Virus record (IMG/VR): IMGVR_UViG_3300031520_000015
Coordinates: 1 to 31,213 of that record
Length of the DNA: 31,213 nt
Reading direction: 5' to 3' (one strand)
Origin: a virus
Lineage: Duplodnaviria; Caudoviricetes
Within the stretch, counting starts at the first letter, position 1, and every line of letters starts with the position of its first letter. The notes beneath the pieces are model-generated. The model saw only the letters and a program-made list of their open reading frames with translations, was not told the DNA's origin and searched no databases. The translations under genes and the position numbers were made by a program. This document shows, piece by piece, positions 16,290 to 23,957 of the stretch.

Positions 16290-17087
16290 ATGGCACTCCT
16301 GAACCGGCAACGCGTCGCCGCCCTCGCCCGTCGCGCGGACGTGGCTGACCCCGCTGGCGCGTACCCTGATTCCTACCTGCTCGACGTGCTCCAGGCGGTC
16401 GAGGATGAAATCGGGAGCTACCTTCATTTTGCCCCCGCGTTGCAGGTCCATGTGGCCGAACAGGGTCCGGTCAGCTTCATGTCGTCGGGCGCCTATGCCG
16501 GGCGCTACGAACTGGAGCTACACCATCGTCCACTCCCACCCGCGCCGGCGGCCACGCTCTTCACGTCGCTGCAACTGACCTACGCGTTGGCTTTCAGCGT
16601 GCCGGCGGAGGTGCTGCTGACGTACGTGACGGTGGACCACGGGACGGGCCGCGTCTACGCCCTGACGCCGGGTGTGGTCGACGCGCTGGTCGGTTTTGGT
16701 TTCCAGTACGAGACACAGGGTCCGGGCTACGCCACCGGCTACACGGCCACGTACGCCGCGGGCTACGCCACGGGCATCGCGGACCCGACGCCCGACGGCA
16801 CGTCCGCCACCACCTACAACGCGCCGTCGCTGCCAGAGGACATGCGGCGGGCGGCCGTGTCGCTGGTGCGCGAGCGCCTGATGATCGACGATGCGCTGGG
16901 CGCCGAGCTGACCAATCCATCGGCCGGAACGCTGGTGAGCGCGCAACTCGACCAGTGGAGGTTGCAGTACCGCCAGGCTCGATCCACGGACGCGGAGGTG
17001 ACGCTCGGCTACGGCACGCCTCTAGCGCGCGACGCACAGGCCACACTCGCGCGCTGGGTGCGGACAAGCGTCGTGTCGTTGGTGTAA
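16290..17087 (+). CDS. head-tail connector/adaptor protein
   Basis: GGAGGGAGGTG RBS; position after capsid; TYAAGY...LPEDMRRAA..LV. Confidence 0.7.
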   Translation: MALLNRQRVAALARRADVADPAGAYPDSYLLDVLQAVEDEIGSYLHFAPALQVHVAEQGPVSFMSSGAYAGRYELELHHRPLPPAPAATLFTSLQLTYALAFSVPAEVLLTYVTVDHGTGRVYALTPGVVDALVGFGFQYETQGPGYATGYTATYAAGYATGIADPTPDGTSATTYNAPSLPEDMRRAAVSLVRERLMIDDALGAELTNPSAGTLVSAQLDQWRLQYRQARSTDAEVTLGYGTPLARDAQATLARWVRTSVVSLV

Positions 17088-17101
17088 TCCAGGAGGCGCG
17101 T

Positions 17102-17434
17102 ATGACAGAGCCACGGACGGACATCTATTCCATTATCTGGATCGACAGCGCCGTGCAAAATGGGCAGGTCGGCGTTGCCGAGCTACCAACGCCCACGCGC
17201 ATCGAGAGCGTGGGCCATATTGTCGCTGAAACCGAGGCCTACGTGACGGTCGCGCGCGATGTGATGGATGAGCCGGGCGCTGAATGGCGTGGACTGCTCT
17301 GCATCCCGCGCGAGGCGATTCGTTCCATGCACCCCCTTGGCAGAGCACAACACGACGCCTACCACCCAAAATCCCGTAGCGATGAGCGAGGAGGACACGC
17401 ACGTGTCAGAGAGCATCACGCCCCCGACCAGTGA
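17102..17434 (+). CDS. hypothetical phage protein
   Basis: AGGAGG RBS; W.DS...SVG.IV.E....V.VA...IP...I pattern. Confidence 0.65.
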   Translation: MTEPRTDIYSIIWIDSAVQNGQVGVAELPTPTRIESVGHIVAETEAYVTVARDVMDEPGAEWRGLLCIPREAIRSMHPLGRAQHDAYHPKSRSDERGGHARVREHHAPDQ

Positions 17435-17912
17435 CACCATCGCGGCGGCGCAGGAGGCGCCAACCGTCGTTGCCGCGCCGGCGGCAGAGGCCACGACCGA
17501 GGCCAGGGAAATCGACGGCAACATCGTCACCGAGGCCGCCGCCGCGCACGCCGAGGCAGCCGGTGTGCTGACCGCCAAGAACCTGTACGGGACCGGCCCT
17601 ACCGGCGAACCTGTCGCCCCGGAGCAGGGGGCGCGCCTCGACTGGCGGCAGGGCCTGGACCACGTGCGGGACACGCTGGCGCGCGAGGGCTACACGCTCT
17701 CGCAGGCCGCCGCCGAGTTCGTGGGCCGCGCGCTGGGCGAGTTGTACCAGCACGAGCAGGGCGGGCCGCCGGCCAGCCAGGCCGCGCGCGAGATGGCGAC
17801 GCGCGTCAGCGGCGCGCCGACGCAGGAGACGGCCACCTACCTTAACGAGCAGGGCCGCTATCTTCAGGAAACGGAGGGCGCACAGTTCAACGCCAAGGGG
17901 TATCACCTTTAA
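17403..17912 (+). CDS. hypothetical acidic protein
   Basis: GAGGAGG before GTG 17403; ORF 17268..17912. Confidence 0.65.
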   Translation: MSESITPPTSDTIAAAQEAPTVVAAPAAEATTEAREIDGNIVTEAAAAHAEAAGVLTAKNLYGTGPTGEPVAPEQGARLDWRQGLDHVRDTLAREGYTLSQAAAEFVGRALGELYQHEQGGPPASQAAREMATRVSGAPTQETATYLNEQGRYLQETEGAQFNAKGYHL

Positions 17913-17936
17913 AGCCAAGCAGAGAGGTTAGGACGG

Positions 17937-18650
17937 ATGCCCTCGCCCTTCGACGGATTGATTGTGGGCTATGGCTTACCGGCCACGCTACTGGCAATGG
18001 ATGGTGTGACGCAGGTAGGCGCGACACGCATCCTCATGTCCAATGCGAAGCAACTCCCCTTGCTGGGGACGAGTCGAGGTAATGTTGTTGAGGGTTTTGT
18101 CGCAGCTAGTGGCAGCGTTACCCCAACCGCTGGCCTTGTTGTCGTCACTAACGCGACGAGGCCGGGGGCGGCGCCTGGTCCGGTTACGTACTACGTCATC
18201 GCCAAGGCGTCGGATGTAACGTCCGGCCCCGCGTTCGGTTTTGCGTTCCCCATCGCGCTCTTGTTGTTGCCCCTCCCGCTCGTGCTCACGGTCAAGCGCC
18301 GGCAGGACCCCCCTTTACCCGCGACGCTGAACGCCTATGACGAGGCCATGACGTGGGACAGCGCGGGCCGGCCCGTTGCTTTGCCCTCCAGTAGCGCGCC
18401 CGTGACGACGTTCACCGTGCGCGCCGGCCTGTCGAACGACAACAACCCGCTGACGAACGACGCGGCGGGCCAGATACCCGCCGGCATTCGCACGCTCTAC
18501 GTCCCGCTGGGCGCCGGCCTGCGCCTAGGCGACACGCTGGTGATGCCCGACGGTCAGGAGAGCACGGTCCAACAACTCAACGACCTGGACGCCGCGGGCG
18601 TGCCATGGGCCTATCAGGTGCTGGTGGACGCAACCGCAGGTGGTCTCTAG
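17937..18650 (+). CDS. putative head-closure/stopper protein
   Basis: Synteny; TVKRR..NAYDE..LYVP...LRLGD.L...G....V beta-rich pattern. Confidence 0.55.
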   Translation: MPSPFDGLIVGYGLPATLLAMDGVTQVGATRILMSNAKQLPLLGTSRGNVVEGFVAASGSVTPTAGLVVVTNATRPGAAPGPVTYYVIAKASDVTSGPAFGFAFPIALLLLPLPLVLTVKRRQDPPLPATLNAYDEAMTWDSAGRPVALPSSSAPVTTFTVRAGLSNDNNPLTNDAAGQIPAGIRTLYVPLGAGLRLGDTLVMPDGQESTVQQLNDLDAAGVPWAYQVLVDATAGGL

Positions 18651-18691
18651 GTCCAGAACACGCCACGACGAGACCAAAGGAGTCATGAACC

Positions 18692-19000
18692 ATGACGCAA
18701 GAGCAACAGACGATGACGGTGCTGCACGCGCCCGAGGGCATCGCGGCGGGGGCGATAACGTCCTTGCCGAACGGCGCGCAGTATGAGGCCTGGGACACAC
18801 CCGCCGGTGTGGTGGTCAACGTGAGCACGGCTGACGTAGAGGCGATGACCGCGCACGGCTATAGCGCGGGCACAGCGACGCCCTCCTCTTCCCGGACGGT
18901 CGCGTCCGCGCCGTCGTCCACTCAGCCAAACGGCCAGTTTGCGCCGTCGCCCACACTCGTGACGTCACAAAACGCACCGCTCACCCCCCGTACCGGCTGA
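18692..19000 (+). CDS. hypothetical virion-module protein
   Basis: AAGGAG RBS; 102 aa. Confidence 0.65.
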   Translation: MTQEQQTMTVLHAPEGIAAGAITSLPNGAQYEAWDTPAGVVVNVSTADVEAMTAHGYSAGTATPSSSRTVASAPSSTQPNGQFAPSPTLVTSQNAPLTPRTG

Positions 19001-19063
19001 TCTCGTGGCGACGACGGCTACCGTGCTGGCCGATCCGCCCGCCGGCGCGAACGGCTCCTAGTT

Positions 19064-19525
19064 ATGGCCGGCATCGCGGACCTGTTCCGTCACCTGTCAG
19101 GATTAGCCAATCTTGTGCGCGCAGGTGAGATCGACAGGGTCATGGGTGAGGGCGCCGACGCCGTGGTTCACAACGCGCAGAACCGGTTGGGCGTGTCTCA
19201 GGAAGGCTGGCCCTCACTGGCAGACGCAACCGTGTTGGAGCGTGACCGCCTGGGCTTTCCCGCCGACGAGCCCTTACTCAGAACGGGTGCGTTGCGCGAC
19301 AGCATCACCGCGACCGAGGAGCGGACGGCCGACGGTGTGACGTACGACATTGGCGTGCCCGCGGATAGTCCGGCTGGAGCGTACGCCCGTCCTCAGGAGT
19401 TGGGCACGGAGGGCATCAGCGCCCACCCAATCCCGCCGCGGCCGTTTATCGTGCCAGCGATCGAGGAGGAGCAGGCGGGCGTGTTGCGCCGCGTGGGCGC
19501 CGTGGTACGGTCCGCGTTGGACTAG
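19064..19525 (+). CDS. neck/virion morphogenesis protein (HK97 gp10 / Mu gpG-like)
   Basis: WPSLA.AT...PLLRTG.LRDSI...YA..QELGT...IPPRPF..PA. Confidence 0.85.
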   Translation: MAGIADLFRHLSGLANLVRAGEIDRVMGEGADAVVHNAQNRLGVSQEGWPSLADATVLERDRLGFPADEPLLRTGALRDSITATEERTADGVTYDIGVPADSPAGAYARPQELGTEGISAHPIPPRPFIVPAIEEEQAGVLRRVGAVVRSALD

Positions 19526-19788
19526 CCCTCGTCGTTCAACATCTTCCACAGCCGCTCAGGGAAAACAACGCGTATGCGGGTCGTCGTCGCTTCTACCCTG
19601 AACGTTACACGGTCGGCCGTGGCAGGAAGATGGCATTCCACAATGCGCGCACAAGCGTGTTGCACGCTTTGCAGCGTAGCTGTGTCGTTGGACGAATCAA
19701 GGTAGGAGGAGAGAGCATCACCCAGGTCATCCCGTAGGGAGCGTTGCGCTGCGCTCAAGGGGTGATCGTCAGGCTTGGTTATCGTCAC
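19522..19788 (-). CDS. antisense hypothetical protein (moron-like)
   Basis: AAGGAGG RBS before GTG 19788; fills gap between + strand genes; lower GC. Confidence 0.65.
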   Translation of the reverse strand: MTITKPDDHPLSAAQRSLRDDLGDALSSYLDSSNDTATLQSVQHACARIVECHLPATADRVTFRVEATTTRIRVVFPERLWKMLNDEG

Positions 19789-19838
19789 GATTGGCCTCCT
19801 TAGATAGCAGTATCCCACACAGGGATGGAGCGACGCCA

Positions 19839-20510
19839 ATGAGCGAGACACCCTCCTTCCCCTTCCTACCGGTGATCGACACGCGCGGCCAACTACTGGC
19901 CGGTCTTAAGGCGTTCGTTGCGACGGTGCTGGGTGATAGCGTGCCGTCAGGCGCGATCCGTGACGCTTACGACGATGCCCAGCTCGTGAGCGCCTTAAAT
20001 GTCCAATCGGCCAACCAGGGTCGCCTCGTCATCATCGGCCTGGGCGATAGTAAACCATCCTCGGGCGCGCTGGGAGTGACGGCCCCGACGCGCCGGCGCC
20101 CTCCGCCCGACCCGTTACTGCCGAACGCGCCGACTGAGGTCGTGCTGACCGAGGTGGGACGCGAGCAAACGGCCGTCAGGATCATCGTGCTGGTGGCGGG
20201 CGATGGCGGCAAGACGATGCGCGACTACCTGGCCCAGCGCATCCGCGCCGCCACGGGGACACAGGTCACGATTCCGCTACCCGACTCATTGACCACGCCG
20301 ACGATCGTCGACCCGACGCTGACGCGGTACGGACTGACGGCCACGCTGGTCAAGGCGAGCGAGCACCCGGACGACGGGGGCGACACGACGCGCGCCGTCT
20401 ATCGTCACCAACTGCTCTATCAAGCGACCTCGCGCGTGTACCGCGTTGACACGCTGCCGATCGTGCGCCGCGTGCTGGTCACGGCTCTGTTTGAGGCGCC
20501 CGTTTCCTGA
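19839..20510 (+). CDS. putative tail completion/terminator protein
   Basis: Position between neck gene and sheath; GGAG RBS. Confidence 0.55.
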   Translation: MSETPSFPFLPVIDTRGQLLAGLKAFVATVLGDSVPSGAIRDAYDDAQLVSALNVQSANQGRLVIIGLGDSKPSSGALGVTAPTRRRPPPDPLLPNAPTEVVLTEVGREQTAVRIIVLVAGDGGKTMRDYLAQRIRAATGTQVTIPLPDSLTTPTIVDPTLTRYGLTATLVKASEHPDDGGDTTRAVYRHQLLYQATSRVYRVDTLPIVRRVLVTALFEAPVS

Positions 20511-20552
20511 CCAACGCGTCGTCTTCCTCATCGCTCCCTCTGTTTCGTTGTC

Positions 20553-20587
20553 AACGCTCCGCGTGTCACGCGGGGCGTTTGTTGTTG
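20553..20587 (+). terminator. terminator-like hairpin upstream of sheath gene
   Basis: AACGCTCCGCGTG/CACGCGGGGCGTT stem (one G-U) followed by TGTTGTT. Confidence 0.5.
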
Positions 20588-20626
20588 CCTATGCCCGGCC
20601 TGGCCGGCGGGAGGAAACGCCCGATC

Positions 20627-22726
20627 ATGATTACGACGACCGCGCCCACGTCGCCCTTGCCGGGCGTCTACATCTACGAGCGGCCGTCGCCGTCGTTCTC
20701 GAACCCGTCCGGGAGTGACATCCTGGGCATCGTGGGTGAGGCCGACCGCGGCGTGCTCGACTATAGCCAGGACATCGGCGACGACAACGATTTCCGGCGC
20801 ACGTACGGCAACGCCATCGCCGATCCAGGCAGTGCGCAGGCCACCCCGCCTCCGCTCTCACTCTATACGGACTGCCATGCCGCGCTACTGCCCGGTGTCA
20901 GCCTCATCAAGGCCGTGCGCGTCGCCGGCGCGACCGCGGCCAGCGCCTATGTGACGTTGCTCGATAGCGCCATCGCCGCCCTGTTGACGCTGCATGCCGC
21001 GACACTGGGCACGTGGGCCACATCGCTCCAGATGGCTGTGTCGCTGAACGGGCCCGCCGTCGCGCCCACCTCGTGGACTCTGTCCGTGGTCAACGCGGCG
21101 ACGCAGGAGCGTGACTACCTGACCAATCTGCCGCTGGGCAGCGCCACCGCGTGGGCCGCGGCCATTGCGCAGATCAACCGGTCGGCCACGTTGGTGGTGG
21201 CAACGCCGCCCGTCCTGGCGCTGCCCGGCGCGCCAACCGTGACGGCGGGCGCGGCGGGCTCGGGCACGCTACCCGCTGGTATCTACTACGGCCTGATCAC
21301 TGTTGGCGTGCCCGGCGTGTCCGAATCGCTGCCGTCCGCGGAGTTCGGCCCAATCACCGTGCCCGCGTTGGGCAGTCTGCGCGTCACGCCGGGGACGGTA
21401 GCGACGGGGACGCCGACGGGCGCGCCACTAAACGCGTACCTGACGCAGGCCAACGGCGCGTCGGGCACGGAGACATTTGCCGCGTCTACGCCCCTCCTAT
21501 CGCCGGCGTCGACAACCGTGCTCACGATCACGGCGCCGCCCGTCGCGAATCAGCAGCGGCCAGCTCAACTTTTGCTGCCAACGGGCGGGTACACGATCCG
21601 CCACCAGGCGACGGCCGCGCCCAGCGCCTCTGTTTTAGCCCCCGTGGCCGGCGAGGTTGCGTTTCCCGCTGTGGCGGGGCCAACGGGCGCGCCGGGGAAC
21701 AACGGCGCCGATGCGGGGACGGCACGGCACATGGGCGCGCCGGGTGCGCCGAACACGGGTATCTATGCCCTGACGGGACTGGACCCGCACCCGCACCTTG
21801 TCTTTCTGGGTGCGGGTGCGGCGTCAGACGCGACGACGTGGGCCACGTTGGCGGCGTTGGCGCTGACCAACAATTGGATCGCGCTGGCCTGCCTGCCGCA
21901 GGGGACGACCGACGCCGGGGCGCTGGCGGCGGTTGCGGCCTCGGGTGTCATCGGCACGCCCCAGGCCGGCCGCCTGGCCGTGCCCTACCCCTGGGCGAAG
22001 CTGAACCTGCCCGCCTACAACGGCGGGTCGGTTGTGTTGGCCGCGCCCACGTCGCTGCTGGCCGGCATCCAGGCCGTGCAGGCGGTGGCCACGGCCGGCT
22101 TCAACAAGGCGCTGCCGGCAGACGTGCTGGGGCCAGAGTTCGACTTCAGTGATACGCAGCTGGCGACGCTCATCAGCGCGCCCGCCTACCTGTCTCCGCT
22201 GACCCGAAAGATTCCGCGCAAGAACGCGCTGGGCTTCCTGGCGGCGACAACGCTGGACGGCACGGACCTCTACGTCCTGCGCGTGACGGGGCTGATCGCC
22301 GACGCTGGCATCGTGATCGGCGGCGACTTCATTGGCGAAACAAACGACGCCGTGGCGCGCTCCCTCCTGCAAGACCGTCTCACCTCGTTCCTCGATGCGT
22401 TGGCGCGCGACGACACGATCCCGTCGAATCCGCAGACGGGGCAGGCGCCGGTAGCAACGCCCGTCCTGACGGCGGGAAAGAGAGCCAGCTTGGCGCAATC
22501 GGCGACAGGCTCGGGCGCGACGACACAGGCCGGCACGCTGACCGCCGGCAGCCAGCGGGGCTACGCCGTCATCTGTAACGACGCCAACAACCTGGTCGGG
22601 CCGGGCGGCGTGGCCACGACGGACATGTTCGCCGAAATGCAGGTGCAGATCAAGCCGAACACGAAGCGCGTCATCATCGGGTTCCAATTCGGCACGCAAC
22701 TCATCGTCGTTTTGCCACAGAGCTAA
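20627..22726 (+). CDS. contractile tail sheath protein with inserted beta-rich domain
   Basis: PGVYIYE; LGIVGEA.RG; F.R.YG; AVRVAG; G.W; YPW; YV.RV; FIGE.ND; Y.VICN..NN. Confidence 0.88.
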   Translation: MITTTAPTSPLPGVYIYERPSPSFSNPSGSDILGIVGEADRGVLDYSQDIGDDNDFRRTYGNAIADPGSAQATPPPLSLYTDCHAALLPGVSLIKAVRVAGATAASAYVTLLDSAIAALLTLHAATLGTWATSLQMAVSLNGPAVAPTSWTLSVVNAATQERDYLTNLPLGSATAWAAAIAQINRSATLVVATPPVLALPGAPTVTAGAAGSGTLPAGIYYGLITVGVPGVSESLPSAEFGPITVPALGSLRVTPGTVATGTPTGAPLNAYLTQANGASGTETFAASTPLLSPASTTVLTITAPPVANQQRPAQLLLPTGGYTIRHQATAAPSASVLAPVAGEVAFPAVAGPTGAPGNNGADAGTARHMGAPGAPNTGIYALTGLDPHPHLVFLGAGAASDATTWATLAALALTNNWIALACLPQGTTDAGALAAVAASGVIGTPQAGRLAVPYPWAKLNLPAYNGGSVVLAAPTSLLAGIQAVQAVATAGFNKALPADVLGPEFDFSDTQLATLISAPAYLSPLTRKIPRKNALGFLAATTLDGTDLYVLRVTGLIADAGIVIGGDFIGETNDAVARSLLQDRLTSFLDALARDDTIPSNPQTGQAPVATPVLTAGKRASLAQSATGSGATTQAGTLTAGSQRGYAVICNDANNLVGPGGVATTDMFAEMQVQIKPNTKRVIIGFQFGTQLIVVLPQS

Positions 22727-22799
22727 GCGCACCGCGGCGGACACGTAGGCATGACCCGCGCGATGGCGTGAGGCGAACGGGATGGGAGGAGGACAGGCG

Positions 22800-23249
22800 A
22801 TGGCGGGACATCAGGGCGGATTACGCATCCCCGGCGGGACGATCACGACGACGATCACGGCCGAGAGCGGGACCGGCAGCAGCCTCGGCCTCGTGCTCGA
22901 GGTCGACGACGTGACCTATCGGCCGGAGCCGAAGTACAACACCACGCACCCCCAGGGGTCGCCCGACGAGCACGACCAATTGATGTCGATGCCCGTCGCG
23001 ATTACCATCAAAGGCGGTCGTGCCGACGCCGGCTTCATGGTCCTCTACCGCGAGCTGGAGCGGGCACGCCGGGCAGGGCACGAGCCTCCAAAGTACAGGG
23101 TCCACTTCCAGGCGCCCTCTGTCAATGGCCACGAGGGCATCGACGAGGTGTACGTCCGCTGCGCCCTCCAGCCGGGCGATTTCATGATGCCGGACGCGGC
23201 CAAAGTGGCCGAGCAAACCATCGTCCTCAAGGGCTATATTGCCGCGTAG
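22800..23249 (+). CDS. tail tube protein
   Basis: About 150 aa directly after sheath; GGGAGGAGG RBS; beta-rich. Confidence 0.75.
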   Translation: MAGHQGGLRIPGGTITTTITAESGTGSSLGLVLEVDDVTYRPEPKYNTTHPQGSPDEHDQLMSMPVAITIKGGRADAGFMVLYRELERARRAGHEPPKYRVHFQAPSVNGHEGIDEVYVRCALQPGDFMMPDAAKVAEQTIVLKGYIAA

Positions 23250-23292
23250 TCCGCGTTGCTGAAGATCAGTTATCCCAGAGGAGAACACGACC

Positions 23293-23754
23293 ATGAGCGA
23301 GAATGACGGCGGGTTGCGCGTGGACATGACGCCTGTGCCGGCTCCTGAGCCGATACCCGTAGAAACGGTCGCCGCACCCACGCCAACCCTGGCGCCCGCG
23401 CCTGCCACGGCGCCAACCCCCGCGGCAGACGCACCGCCCCTCAATCCGGATCAGGTGCGCCTGAGCAAGGGGCAGGTGGTTCGCCTCCGCGAACTCAACG
23501 GCCTGGACAGCGACGCCGTGGAAAGGTTCTTAGCACAAAAGAATAGTATCAGTTCGCGCACGTATGCCATGGCGCTGGCCATCTACGCCATCACGGACGT
23601 CGATGGCCAGCGCCAGAAGCCGATCAAAACGGCGGCGATGCTCGACAGCTACCTGATGGAATATTCGCTGCGGGACCTCGCGAAGATCGGGCAGGCCTTC
23701 AGCCGCGTCAATGGCCTGGGCGAGGACGACGACACGTTTCCAGGAGCGCGTTAA
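23293..23754 (+). CDS. tail assembly chaperone (G-like)
   Basis: Between tube and tape measure; V.LREL.G.D. Confidence 0.7.
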   Translation: MSENDGGLRVDMTPVPAPEPIPVETVAAPTPTLAPAPATAPTPAADAPPLNPDQVRLSKGQVVRLRELNGLDSDAVERFLAQKNSISSRTYAMALAIYAITDVDGQRQKPIKTAAMLDSYLMEYSLRDLAKIGQAFSRVNGLGEDDDTFPGAR

Positions 23755-23956
23755 CGCGCTCCTGGACAACGCCGTGTTTCAAGAGCGCGTGTCCCTTGTC
23801 AGGGCCGGCCTCTCGTGGGCCGACGCCTCACGGATGGTCGGCAGTGAGCGGCGGGCGTTTATTATGGTCTACAACCAGCAGGAATCAGACGCGGCCGAGG
23901 ATGCGAAGCAGCGACGGGACGCGGCCAGCGTGCGGCGGCGGGTAGGGGAGCAATGA
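23738..23956 (+). CDS. tail assembly chaperone extension (T-like), +1 frame
   Basis: ORF 23711..23956 overlaps chaperone end, has no good RBS/start pair and ends 1 nt before the TMP ATG; GLSWADA..M...ER.A. Confidence 0.6.
   Translation, partial: FQERVNALLDNAVFQERVSLVRAGLSWADASRMVGSERRAFIMVYNQQESDAAEDAKQRRDAASVRRRVGEQ
23739..23766. repeat. perfect 28-bp palindrome over chaperone stop codon
   Basis: TCCAGGAGCGCGTT|AACGCGCTCCTGGA. Confidence 0.9.
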
Positions 23957-23957
23957 C

